A stretch of 64,000 nt of DNA from Utricularia gibba (Eukaryota > Plantae > Magnoliophyta), in assembly GCA_002189035.1 (NCBI GenBank), contig NEEC01000002.1, forward strand, positions 6,572,001-6,636,000, given 5' to 3'. The translations under genes and the position numbers were made by a program. The notes beneath the pieces were generated by a model, which did not search any database, was not told the origin of the DNA, and saw only the letters and a program-made list of their open reading frames with translations. Below are positions 1 through 12,432 of this stretch, piece after piece; within the stretch, counting starts at the first letter, position 1, and every line of letters begins with the position of its first letter.

Positions 1-792
1 GTCTCGTGTCCATCATCTGTCTCAGATGAAAACCGACTCCATTTCTCAGGTTAATAGTGTTGAAATTAAAGATTTGATGGGTGGGATGAACACATATAAA
101 GTTCAAGTACATAAAAAATATGTATTATATTAAAAAAAATTAAATTCAATCGATTATTAGTAATTATCCTAAACAATGTGGGATTGATTGTTGTAAAATA
201 CAGTATAAACAAATTATAGGGTTGGGGGTACGGTGTGAGGAAGAAAAGAAGCACAAGCTCATTGTTTTCTTCTGAAAGAACTGCAACTTAGCATACGCTC
301 ACTCCCATTGTGATTCTCTTTTCAGACATCCTTCTAAATGTCTTGTCTACAATGAATGACTGCTTACTTTCATTGAAAAGAAAAGTTGGAATACCGAGAT
401 GTAGGCATATGATGAGACAAGCTGCTAAATGTGTGCAGTCTCTTACACGACATGTACATTGTAACTATGCTCTGATTCACATCATTACACACAAATGTGC
501 GCTCGATCGAACACTGTAATGAACGGATTCATGCAATGATCCTCAACTAAAGCCCTCAAAACTAGGAGATGGAGGTTACCATGAGGTAATAACTTCAATG
601 TATGTAAAGTAATGCAGATTAAGTTTCTGCAACCCTAATGGGGCTCTGATATGCAGAATTTATGGTTAAGCATCTTATTAGAGAACAGGATAAGTACGGA
701 GATGTTGAATAGTTGTTCATTCCGATGATCACGAAAATATAGCCTGTTTTTTTCACAAGATGTGTCTGTGTTTTGGTGTTTACCGTTTGTAT

Positions 793-1596
793 CTAAAATG
801 GGGGACGATTCAACGAGGAACCCCAGTAAGCTTCTGTGTGCAATTGACGGGAGTCCATCACATTCGCTGGAAGCCCTTGAAAGGGGTCGTTCATCAGCTG
901 CAAGCCTCCCACCTCTGCTGCCGCATCGCCGGGGACCTCCATTTCATCCAACGGTAGCCTCTCATACGCGGCGTTCGCGAACGAAGCAGCTACGATCATC
1001 ACTGGACCAAAGGCGATTAGTGGGCCGGCCACCATTCCTCCGACGACTTGTCCTTGGGATGCAGCGAGGTATATTGTTAACCCGGAGGCGGCCGGCGGCG
1101 CCGGTGGAGGTAGGAATGTGCCGGAGAGTGATAGAATCTCGAATCTCCCGTTTAGCGTCATGACGGCGCCGGGGGCTGTTGACTGACGGAGGGTTACGTT
1201 AGTGACTGCGCCGTTTCCGGTTAGGATGCAGAGACCTCGCTGGCGGCGGACGGCGAAGGTGGATAAACTGTCGCGAATGTCGCAGCCGCTGGTGACTTCC
1301 ATTACATGGGACCTGAGCGTGTTGCCGCTGTCGCGTGTGATGATAATGGGCGGTTTAGGTTTATTTTTCGATCCCGCAGGGCGACCCCGTGGCCGCCGGG
1401 ACGCGTCCACGGCCGAAGCGAGGATTTCCGCAGTCGTGCCGGGGGCCGAAACAGGGCTGTCGTGATCTCGACTACCGTTCCCTGTGGCTTCTTCATCAGA
1501 ATCGCGGTGGAACTGTTGCTGTTGCGGGTGAAACAGTTGTAGGTTTCCGCCGTGGAACGGCGGCGGAAGGGGACGGTTTTCACCCCGTTCTTCCAT
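793..1596 (-). CDS. AHL: AT-hook motif nuclear-localized protein (clade A AHL, PPC/DUF296 domain), single exon
   Basis: 267 aa ORF with AT-hook [24 protein letters not shown] and PPC core [22 protein letters not shown]; intronless as in clade A AHLs. Confidence 0.95.
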   Translation of the reverse strand: MEERGENRPLPPPFHGGNLQLFHPQQQQFHRDSDEEATGNGSRDHDSPVSAPGTTAEILASAVDASRRPRGRPAGSKNKPKPPIIITRDSGNTLRSHVMEVTSGCDIRDSLSTFAVRRQRGLCILTGNGAVTNVTLRQSTAPGAVMTLNGRFEILSLSGTFLPPPAPPAASGLTIYLAASQGQVVGGMVAGPLIAFGPVMIVAASFANAAYERLPLDEMEVPGDAAAEVGGLQLMNDPFQGLPANVMDSRQLHTEAYWGSSLNRPPF

Positions 1597-2078
1597 TCGT
1601 CGGCAAGATCGAATCTTTCCTAAACCCCAAAAAAAAAAACGCAGAAAGCTTCAATCTTGAGCAAGAATCACGGAGGAGCAAGCATTGTTCATCAGATAAA
1701 AAGGGTTAGAAATGGCCAATTAGAGAGGGGTTAGGAGCTAATTGTTCTAGGGTTTGGTCAATGAAAAGAGGGTTTGACTTATGTAGATCTATGATCAAGA
1801 TAAGTGGTGGCGATCACCCCATTCACCCTCTCCCCCTTCCCCATCTACTTTATATACCATACAATTATCATCAAAACCAGATGTATTGAATTGAACTGAA
1901 GAAACCATCAATGGCCATCCATATGTCTCAGAGAACCGGAATGAGCTCGATAATCATGGCGCTCAGTTATGAAACTCCGGCGGGGAGCATTTGAAATGCC
2001 AAGAAAAACAATGTATAAAAGCCTTTAACTATGGTCGGCTGCTGAGCAGACAGGATTATCAGCTCGAGCACTGAATCT

Positions 2079-3044
2079 CTATTCATAGTACGCTATATAG
2101 TTGTTCATCTGATGCTGCAGGATGTAGCCTTGCGCATCCTCCCCTTCATCCTCCGTCGGATATGGAACCATCGCCGTGCATTGGGCGTATGGTGGTGGTG
2201 GCTGAACCGGCGGTATCATCGGAATGTACTGTGGTTGAACCGGCGGTGAAATCGCCGGTGGGTAGTGCCTCGCTAGCTGCCGGGGATTATGACTGAAGAC
2301 ACCGCAGTTGGATGAGTCGTAGATAAACTGTTGAATTGAAGCACATTGTGTGTTCCCGCTGTTACAGGCTTCCCTGAAGTTGTTCTCATCGGTCAGTTGC
2401 ATCATCGGTGAGTTATGGTGGATCTCTTGATGGTGATGATGATCGGAGTACGGATACTGAGGGTACCCTTCGTACGGCTTCACGGCCGCCTTGATAGCTT
2501 CGAAGCCTTGCATCGCCGCCGCAAGATTGTAGAAGGGGACAAAGCTCATGTCCATCAGAGTACTCTGTTCTCGACTCCTCAAAAATCCGATCCTTCTTTT
2601 GACGTAATCGAGCCTCTCCATCAACTCCGCCGCGAATAGGCGCAGCCCGGACTCCGGCACGGCGCTGATGAAATCGATCTTGGTCGGATACTTGGCTTCC
2701 AAATTCATCTTCCTCAGTTTGGCAAGATCATCCTCGACCTTCTTCTTCCTGTCCTTGAAGAAATCAGTGAGGCCGAATGTCTTATTCCCCGATTCCCCAG
2801 TTTTGGACTTGTAGATTTCGACTATACGGCGCACTTCTTCCCGGTTCTCCGGCCAAATCTCCGGTTCCACGACGGCGGCGCTGGTTTCCTGCTTCGGACA
2901 GTAGACGATCATGCATGCATTAACATCGCACAGCGTAGTAAACTCGACCATCTTCTTGATCAGGCCTGCTTTCCTCTTCTTGAAAGTTGCAGTTCTCGAT
3001 CTCTCTTTGCCTATCAGTTCCATTCTCAGCTTCGCTCTCCCCAT
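2079..3044 (-). CDS. Type I MADS-box transcription factor (AGL82-like), single exon
   Basis: ATG at 3044 gives MGRAKLRMELIGKERSRTATFKKRKAGLIKKMVEFTTLCDVNACMIVY (MADS domain); no K-box, no introns, His/Pro/Gln-rich C-terminus. Confidence 0.9.
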   Translation of the reverse strand: MGRAKLRMELIGKERSRTATFKKRKAGLIKKMVEFTTLCDVNACMIVYCPKQETSAAVVEPEIWPENREEVRRIVEIYKSKTGESGNKTFGLTDFFKDRKKKVEDDLAKLRKMNLEAKYPTKIDFISAVPESGLRLFAAELMERLDYVKRRIGFLRSREQSTLMDMSFVPFYNLAAAMQGFEAIKAAVKPYEGYPQYPYSDHHHHQEIHHNSPMMQLTDENNFREACNSGNTQCASIQQFIYDSSNCGVFSHNPRQLARHYPPAISPPVQPQYIPMIPPVQPPPPYAQCTAMVPYPTEDEGEDAQGYILQHQMNNYIAYYE

Positions 3045-3977
3045 GTCGCCCCCTTCACACAAACACCTTAACCAGACATGAATTTAAGAAGCTGTCATCA
3101 TCATCATCCTTATAATAACACACAACCAGAATATTACCTTCTTTTAACAGAATCTCAACCTTTTTTAAACTTCCCTTTATTGCCAAAAATAACACACTCC
3201 AATTTAATATTAATAATATTATTAATTTAATAATTAGATAAATATAATAACACGATTTATTTTTTATACAATATTATTCATTTTAAATACTTAAATTTCA
3301 CGATTTTATATTTTTTATTCTTGAAAAAAAAATCTCTTTACAAGATTAGAGAAAATACTTATATATAATTTATCTTTTTACCTTGTTTATAATCAATATA
3401 GAATTCTTCTACGGTACTTACATTCTTCTTATGTGAATATTTTATATTTTTTTATCTAAAGAATACAATTGATCTCGATAAATAATGTCTTAATTTTATA
3501 ATATTTTAAAACTATTCATAATTAGTTATCATTATTTAAAAAACGGGTAAAAAGAGTCCTTTTGCAAAGTATATTTCATTTGTGTTATATACATCTTATA
3601 TTTCAAATGAACTTATTCTTGAAATAATATTCAAACCCTGTGTTATGTAGCAATTCTTTTCATTTTACAATTTTAATATTTTTTTCGTAATTTGATTCTC
3701 AATCTCAATGATGCTACAAAAGATATATATGCAGTTACATAAATAAGTGAATGAAATGAAATCACTGTTGGCAAGCTTAAAGGAGAAGAAAATCTAGTTC
3801 TATTGCCATGTGAATTTAAAGAAGAATGCTTGATGAGAATTAATTAAATATTTAAATTTTATTAAATTATATTAAAAACCAAGAATGAATGGGTTGGCCC
3901 ATAGCTGTGCGGGCCGAGGCGAGGGTTTGTATGAGGCCCAATACTTTTATAAAGCAATTTGCTCAAGAAGATCACAT

Positions 3978-3987
3978 GCCACGTGTC
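3978..3987 (+). promoter_or_regulatory. G-box/ABRE-like element upstream of PHT4;4
   Basis: GCCACGTGTC about 240 bp upstream of the PHT4;4 ATG, with GGCCCA site II-like motifs at ~3896 and ~3935; motif match only. Confidence 0.4.
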
Positions 3988-4219
3988 GCTCGCAGACCCG
4001 CTCCTCATGTATCCCGCTCGAACGGCATAGTTTCACTCAAGCTTCTTCGTAAGCAGCAGCATCGTTGGTTTCGCCTCCGGATATTTATGCCAGTGGCGGA
4101 GCTATAAAAGCAGGAGAATATACCTGAAGATGCTCGATTTCACCTGTGGGCAGGTGATTCTGTATGCTAGAGGATAATCAGCACAAAATTTAGTACCGGG
4201 CAGGATTTTTCCGGTGACA

Positions 4220-7049
4220 ATGCCTATCGGAACTGTCATTTTTCACCGGAACTTCGGCTCTTTCTTCGGTTCCGGTATGCCCATTTCTTTGTTTTTTGGG
4301 TCCTGCTACTTTATGATTAATCGTTATACCGTCCATCTGATGATTCTGGTGTTTTTCCGTTGATGTTTGAACTCATAAAGATAGATTTTACTTGAAAGTG
4401 TCATGGGTGTCGGTTAAACATGCGAGTTTCAATGATTGGTTATGGTTAGCTAGTCGTATGGTGCTAAAAGCATGCCTCCATTTGCGCCATTTCCAGGATG
4501 CGTATGTTACAGAGAAGCTGCTGTGGATCAGCGAAGAGTTGATGGACTGAATCGTTCTACTCTGCGCTGGCTAAATAGAAGTTTTCACTCATCTTTACAT
4601 TCCAAGGATTCACCATTGCTTTCAGCATATATCAAAGATGATGCTTTTCACTTGATGTCCCACCAAATAAGCCTACGATTTACGGGCATCTGCACGAGGA
4701 AAATTGGATGGGGACATGGGGGGTGCCTTTCATCGTCTTACTCGAATGCAAATTTTCCAGAACAAAGGAAGTTGGATAAGCTTGGATTTGGCGATGGCCA
4801 TAAGCCATTGTGTAAGAATAGAACAGTGATGAGGACCCGGGCAGATTTTAAATCCGAAGAGCATGGAAAAACAGAAACCGATTTAGATTTCTTAGAGCCA
4901 TCAGAGGTTTCTAGTGAACCTGATTTTCTAGAAAGCGTTGAGTCAGCAACACCTTGGTGGAATGAATTCCCAAAGCGCTGGGTGATAGTGCTTCTATGCT
5001 TTACTGCATTTTTGTTGTGCAATATGGACCGGGTAATGCTTCGTCTGCTGTAGTGTTAAGTGACTGTGCTATTCTTTATGATGTCTCCTTATATTGTTTT
5101 ACTTGTCTATATTAGTAGCTCCTTCTGGAAAAAAAATTTGTTTACCAGGAAAATGTTGCTTCGGTGTTGATTTTTCTTGGTTGGTAATTTTAGGTGAATA
5201 TGAGCATAGCAATACTCCCGATGTCAAAGGAATTCAATTGGAACAGCACCACCGTTGGTCTGATTCAGTCTTCTTTCTTCTGGGGTTACCTCGTCACTCA
5301 GGTTCATCCCATTTTCGAAAGAGTGTTAGCCCCCATAACGCGTAACTCACAAAAAAGCTTTGTTTCCAGCTATGCAATATTTTGTCCATTTGGTCACATT
5401 TTCTTGCTTCTTGATCAGATTGCTGGAGGCATATTGGCAGACAAAGTTGGTGGAAAGCTGGTCCTCGGTTTTGGAGTAGTATGGTGGTCTTTGGCAACAA
5501 TGTTGACTCCAATAGCTGCTAGAATTGGACTTCCATTCCTATTTGTCGTACGAGCTTTCATGGGAATCGGCGAGGTGTGTTCCTCCTAGTAATTTTAGCT
5601 CATCTCTTACAATCTTAATACTAATCATTTCTTTTCACATCAGGGTGTAGCTATGCCTGCCATGAATAATTTGTTATCAAAATGGATTCCAGTCGCAGAG
5701 AGAAGTAGATCCCTTGCTCTAGTGTACAGTGGCATGTATCTAGGTTCAGTTACAGGTTTAGCATTTTCCCCTGCTCTGATCCACAAGTTTGGGTGGCCAT
5801 CTGTTTTCTACTCTTTTGGCTCGCTGGGAAGCATTTGGTTTGCACTATGGTTGAGCAAAGTAAGGCTGTAATTTTTAAGAATTTTACAGGCAATTAACTT
5901 GTCAAAACTTCTCAAAGTCATCTGCTGCAGGCGTACAGCTCTCCTCAAGATGATCCAACACTGAGTTCGGAGGAAAAAAATTTGATTTTGGGAAGCAGCA
6001 ACATATCTAAAGAACCTGTCTCCACAATTCCTTGGAAGGCAATTCTCTCAAAAGGACCTGTCTGGGCTCTCATCGTCTCTCATTTTTGTCATAATTGGGG
6101 AACATTCATTCTATTGACCTGGATGCCAACATACTACAACCAGGTATATGCAGCCATCAAGTATTAGGACAAGTGACCCATAGTGATGCCATTTTGTTTT
6201 GTTTGCATAGGTTTTGAAGTTTAACCTCACAGAGTCTGGACTTCTTTGTGTGCTTCCTTGGTTCACGATGGCCGTGTTTGCAAACATCGGTGGATGGATA
6301 GCAGACACTCTTGTGAGCAAAGGCTTCTCCATCACTTCAGTTCGCAAGGCAAGCACTCCGGCTCTTAATACACAACTCATGCTTCGTAATGGTTATAATG
6401 CATTTCTTACTCTTGAACAATGAGTCTACATGGTTGCAGATAATGCAAACTATTGGGTTTCTCGGCCCTGCATTTTTCCTAACACAACTCAGTAACGTGA
6501 CCAGCCCAACTTTGGCAGTGCTGTGCATGGCTTGTAGTCAGGTTTAAGCTCATCCCTTAAAACACCACCCTTTTTTTTCTTCTCCTGAAACTTGTGAAAG
6601 CTCATCTCATCTGCATCTGCATCTGCATCTGATCCCCTCCCCAGGGATTAGACGCCTTCTCACAGTCTGGTCTATACTCCAATCACCAAGATATCGGCCC
6701 CCGCTACTCCGTAAGGCTATCCCAAAATCACCTTCACAGAACCAATTCACTATGTTTCAATGAAGCAACCAACATGTGTTGGCATTGATTTCAGGGCGTC
6801 CTGTTGGGACTATCCAACACTGCCGGTGTACTCGCCGGTGTCTTTGGCACAGCCACAACTGGATACATTCTCCAGAATGGTCTGTCTGTATGCTTTCTCC
6901 TTACTTTTCAGACCCTGTTCATTGATCCCCAGCCACACTCTGTTGTTTCAGGCTCCTGGGATGAGGTTTTCAAGGTATCAGTTGCGCTCTACATCGTGGG
7001 CACACTAGTGTGGAACTTGTTCTCCACAGGAGAGAAAATCCTGGACTAA
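4220..7049 (+). CDS. PHT4;4: Chloroplast anion/ascorbate transporter, PHT4 family (multi-exon)
   Basis: Exon 1 (4220-4274) MPIGTVIFHRNFGSFFGSG resembles PHT4;4 N-termini; spliced exons give FPKRWVIVLLCFTAFLLCNMDRVNMSIAILPMS, GEGVAMPAMNNLLSKWIP, HNWGTFILLTWMPTYY, GTLVWNLFSTGEKILD-stop. Confidence 0.92.
6608..6631 (+). repeat. (CATCTG)4 microsatellite in a PHT4;4 intron
   Basis: Four perfect CATCTG units, ending about 13 nt upstream of the 3' splice site. Confidence 0.85.
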
Positions 7050-8367
7050 GCTACCAAGACAAGATGTTGCTGCTCCAGAAGGTAACTGAGTTGCCCCAAA
7101 CAGTAGCTTCTCCTTCTGCCTCCTAAACATCCGCTCTCTCTTCTTCCTGCTGCAGCCAACGCTGCGCAAGTTTTTGGGGAAATGGTGATTGCTGAAGCCA
7201 TTTCAGAAGCTCCTCCTTTGAGCCATTTCACCCACTTCCTCTCTTGTACACCTTACTCGCATTTTTTTCCCTGAAAATCTCCGAAGAAAACACATCTTCT
7301 ATATACCAGCAACCAGCCCTTTAAATTCATACACTCGATCCATTCGAATTCATCAAATTTCAAATTATCAATTTTATTTTCAAATTTTTCTATTTTTCAA
7401 AAAGTTTTTTTAATAAATATATCTAATGAAATAGAAATTGATTTTTTTTTATAAATAAGAATTATTTGTAAATTTCTATTTTTAAAAAATAGAAATCTGG
7501 TTTTTAAAAAATAATTTTATAAATAAAAGTTAAATTTATGTATTTTTTACAAAAATAAATACTATATTTATTATATAAATTATTTATACTACTAAACATT
7601 TTTTAAAAAAATAAAAACTATTTCAAACCAGAGTCCATTGAATGGTCGCGGGCACGCATAGAGTGGAACGTCGCGGTTGTGTGCCTTTAGGTGTAATTAT
7701 GAGTAATCAATCATAAGCTGACGCGTGTCACTGTGCTTCAGTTTGGTAATATAACCCTGCCTCGGAATTTCGGCATTTTCTTGCTTCGAAGCTTCAACTG
7801 TCGATTCAGTTTCGTATCTGAAAAGTGTTCCGATGAATGCGGGCTTGCCTTCTTCTGCTTCTCGGTATAGTATACATATTGATCGCTATGCATCCGGGAG
7901 GTTAGGTTTGGGGACTCATTCTGGATATCGTGTGATCTGGTCTTGGTGATTTTGGGATCTATTAACATGGTGGCTTTAGTGTTTTACTCCGTAGTGATAG
8001 GTGGTTTTGTGGAGTTGCTGAAATTTCTATTCTCCGTTGAATGGCATGCCGAAGGGTTGTAATATGTTGATGAGTAATTGGGTGGTCTTTGGAGATTTTG
8101 CTCTGTATTTACTGGTTTTCTTTAGCTTTTGGCTGTGTGATTCTTGGATGAGGTTTCCTTTCAATTGCCATGAATCGGAAATGCTTTTTGGTAATGCGTA
8201 TTTGTTGGAGTTCATGCTCTTTCCCGAGCGGTTGATGAATGATTTACTGCTGCATAGCTTTTTCTTTTCCGTGCTTTTATATTCGTTATTATCGTGTTTT
8301 CACTCCTTTTTGCGCCTCTAGATGGCTGTTTGAAGAGCTTGTCTTCTTTTTGCAGTTATTTAGTGAA

Positions 8368-9362
8368 ATGAGTCATATTCAGTGCTCTCCCTGGTCGTTT
8401 TTGTCGTCTGGAAGTCCCTTTCGCATGATCTCACCAAAGGCCTCCTCTTGTCTGTCACCGGAGCCTGCTGACCTTTTGAACAGTTTTGAAGAGACTTTAT
8501 GCAGTAGGCTTCACAGGCTTAAGCCTGCTGTCGTACAGGGAGGAATTCTGAGCTTATCATGGATGAAATGTGCAATGGAGTCGCTCTCTGCTATCCATAC
8601 AGACATAAAGGCTCTTATAACTGCTCTTCAACTGTCCCTGTGTAACTGGGATGAGAAATGGATTGGCGCTTACTTGGACAATAGCATAAAGCTGCTGGAT
8701 ATCTGCATTGCTTTCAGTTCAGAGATTGCAAGGTTGAAGCATGGCCACCTTTTCCTTCAATGCATTTCCATGACTTACAAAAGGCCTCCCACCAAAACCA
8801 TGAGACTATCCTTTCAATAGTAAAGGAATGGAGGCTGCACATCACTGGAAAGAATCCTAGTCCTCGACTGGATAACTGCAATGCTTCGATGGACACACTC
8901 TCCAATATGCTACAGCTTCCTAAACTCAAGAACCCCTCAAAGAGTGATGTTCTGATGCACGCCATGTATGGAGTAGCGGTGGTCACCCTCTTCATCTTCC
9001 GTGTATTTTCTTCTGCATTTTCCGGTTCAGCCAAGTATCTGTTGGACCTGGAGGTTTCTGAAACTTACATATGGGCTGAGGCTTTTACAGATCTTCAGGC
9101 CATTGTGAACAAAGAGACAAGGAAACGAATTTCCAGTGGGATCTTCACCATTTTGGAAGAGATAGAGAATGTTGACAGAGCGTTGGGGAACCTGGACGAG
9201 GATGCAGACCCCACAGAGACTCAAGAGCTCCATAACCTGGAAAAATGCTTAGCAAAATCTTCTGAAGAACTCGATCTGCTGAAGAAGTATGTGGATGATT
9301 TCTTCCATGTTATTCTCACCGGACGCGATGCCCTTCTTTGTCACCTTAGGGAGGGGAGATGA
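8368..9362 (+). CDS. BPS1: BYPASS1-like protein (DUF793) with an apparent -1 frameshift at TTT 8765-8767
   Basis: MSHIQCSPWSFLSSGSPFRMISPK, ILSLSWMKCAMESL, WDEKWIGAYLDNSIKLLDICIAFSSEIARLKHGHLFLQC, then continues in the -1 frame (LPKLKNPSKSDVLMHAMYGV, FFHVILTGRDALLCHLR). A 5' UTR intron acceptor TTGCAG ends at 8355. Confidence 0.85.
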
Positions 9363-10110
9363 TATCCCTGACCGGTTGTGAACCTCTGCAATTGGGCTCG
9401 AGCTCCTGCGTTTCTACCGTACAAGCTTTTTTTTTTAATTTTAAATATATTAAATAACATCAAAATTACAAAGAGCACATGAAGAAGAAGACCACAGCCA
9501 CTCAATCTTGTAAGGATAAAGCTCAATTAAATTATATGATTATTTTTAAAAAAATCATTTCAAAAATGTTTTTGTTATGAAAAACAATTATTACTGTTTT
9601 GAAAATAATAGTCTACATAATTTTAATTATATTAGACAATTTTTTAAAAATATTTTTCTTTAAAAAAATAATATTGTGTTATTAGAGATATATTTAATAC
9701 ATTTTCAAAAAAAAACAATGAGTTTTTATTGAAGCAGGGGTTCGTCAGTTTCTAAAAAAATTGAATCAATTGGCTGTTTCAATTGTATATATAACAGAAG
9801 CAATGCATATTTTATCCAAAAATTATTTTTAGAAATAATTTTATTGGTATTGGAATTCACCAAACATAATATTTATTAATAGACAGCAAGTATCTACCGG
9901 TCTGAAACGAGGCACATCAGTCTAGGATACCTTCCGCTCTCTTGTCAATCGTCGAGCCGGCCTCACGTGTTCGGACAGTAAAAGCAAAAGCTGCGTAGAC
10001 TTTTCTTCTTTGCCCCCTCCATGCCCTTTGACATGTTTTACAAGTCAACCCCCGCTCCAAAATCCCCTTCTTGCCACCAGCTTCTCTTCCTTTCCTACCC
10101 CAAGAGCAGA

Positions 10111-10994
10111 ATGGATGATGACTGGGACCTCCATGCTGTCGTCAGGAGCTGCTGTGCTTCCTCCGCCGTAATCAGCCAGCCTCCTCCGAGTTCGTTCCTG
10201 GGGTGCGGCGTTTCCGAGCCCTGTTTCCGGATTTCATCTCAGCCCAGGGAGGAGCTCAGGGATCTGTGCGTGCCCTTTGTCTCAAATTGGAGGGAAGCGC
10301 AGGAAGAGGATGGTCTATTGAAGCCATTGCCTCAACCCCTCTTTTCCAAACAAAAGCCTGCGGGGTTTTCCGGTGGTGCAAAGTCTGATTCTTTGAAGAA
10401 TTCTGCTAGAAAGTGCAAGAAAAAGTACGGAGTCTGTAATAGTCTTGCTTTTGGAGTTGACAGTTTGGGTTTGCTTCATATAAAGTAAGGTTTTTCTTCT
10501 TGATTTTTTGCGGCAGAAGGAGCTTGATGAAGAAGCAGATTTGCCGTGTAGATGCTGAAAAACTGTCTTCCGATGGCTGGAATTGGAGGAAGTACGGGCA
10601 GAAACCGATTAAAGGGTCCCCTTTCCCAAGGTCTCACTTGCTCTGTTTCTTTCTACAGACACAAAAAAAGATGAATTTTGATGGGTTTCTCTTCGCAATT
10701 GTACGCAGAGGGTATTACAGATGCAGTTCTTCTAAAGCCTGTGTAGCGAGAAAGCAAGTCGAGAGAGACAGATCCGACCCGGATATGTTCCTCGTTACCT
10801 ACACATCGGAGCACAACCACCCGCCCCCGTTCGACCGGAACTCTTTCCAAACGACGGCGCGTGCGACACCCAAGCCGGACTTGGAGAAAACGGAAGCTCA
10901 TGATAAGCAAATGGATAAGGATGAAGGGGATTCCGTTATCTCAGACATGGCACCTGACGATTGCTTCTTCATGTCTATGGAGGATCCCAGTTAA
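10111..10994 (+). CDS. WRKY: WRKY transcription factor, group IIe, 3 exons
   Basis: [15 protein letters not shown]-terminus typical of group IIe; [35 protein letters not shown]...YTSEHNH (C2H2 finger); introns begin at 10425 and 10631. Confidence 0.92.
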
Positions 10995-12432
10995 GGTGAC
11001 TGGGGAACGGCGGCGCCGGCGATTGAGTGGAGGAATGATTCCTCCCTTCCCCTACACGCACTTCCCCTGCCGTTTGCAGGTCAAAACTTCTCTGTTGTTC
11101 CGTCTGGTTGCAGCTGTAAAATCATACGGCAATGTTTACTTTTACAGTACAGCTACAAAGTAGAAATGAAAAAAAAAGCATTATTCTCAATTTAAAATAA
11201 TAATGAAATATAATTAATTAATGATTAATTACTATTCATTAAACCCTTGTTTTTTTCTAAATAAAAAGTGCTTTTGCGTCACCAATAATGAATTTTGTTG
11301 ATTGAAAGTAATTAACCTAACCCACTCTTCTCTAAGCGTGCTCGCCACGTCACTATGAACTTCTTCATCACAATTTATTAAATAATAAATTTAATGTCAT
11401 ATTTTTTTATTTGGAATAGAAATAATAATAAATATTATAATTAAATCAAATATTCACCATTGAAATTATTAAAAAAATTATACTTTATTAAATATTTTAG
11501 AAAATTTTCACGATCCAACCCTCTCATTTGTTTTCACTTATGAAAAAAAAGAGTTTATACAATATTATGAGTTTTCCTTTATATAATTATGTTTTCTCCT
11601 TAATTCTTACTCAATAATCTCTTTGAGTGCTCTCTAATCCCATCATTGGTATGCATTTGGGTTTGATTGTGATATGAAATGTTAAACTCTATGGTGTTCT
11701 TATATAATATGATTTGTTTCAAATATTCAATTTTCATAATTTTATGTTTTTATTTTGTGAGAAAAAGATATCATATTATATTAGGAATATCATTTATTTA
11801 AATATACTTTTTCTCAGATCCATAATCAATGGTATATAAATGTAATATAATATTATATATATACATATATATAAGTCATATGAAAATCGTAATTTTCAGA
11901 TATTTTCTTAATTTTTTTTTTGCAAAAATGTGCTTGGCAATTTTTGTTTTTACATTTAAAAAAATAAAAATACTTCTTATTGTTTTATTTTTATTCGGAA
12001 ATTGTTAAAAATTTGTGTAAGTTTTATGAAATTAAATTAAAAATTATTTCTTGTAATATAATTTATTTTTAAAAAATGAGAATGCATTTATGAAAATTAG
12101 AAATTGGAATAATGAGGTTAATCCAAAGATTGTGGTTGTAAATCGTGTGGTAGTTGTTGCTCAACCCAACGACAGCTGTCAGGCAGCACATACTGACAAG
12201 GGTGGGCCCCGCTGAGAGTAAGTGCGGATCAACTACCAGCGACGTCGCTTTCGATCTTTCCGATGAATCGAAACCCCTAATTTTACCCGAACCGCGACTT
12301 TCCGGGGGTTGCTGCTTCTCGACAAGCTTTCCGGCCTACCGGACTTTCTCCTTGCTTCGGTTTCAAATGAGCCGGAACTAGGCTGTTTTTTGGTTTCGTG
12401 GTTAGATGATTAAGGATTTTGACAGGGTAGTT

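Noticed and set aside
1-760. Possible last exons of a gene upstream of the window (donor-like CAG|GTTAAT near 49, acceptor-like TTTCAG near 325, 69 aa ORF)
   Set aside because: Frame and family cannot be determined from the sequence available; not supportable as a feature
760-1709. Several overlapping ORFs on both strands around the AHL gene
   Set aside because: Alternative-frame or antisense products of a GC-rich CDS with no independent motifs
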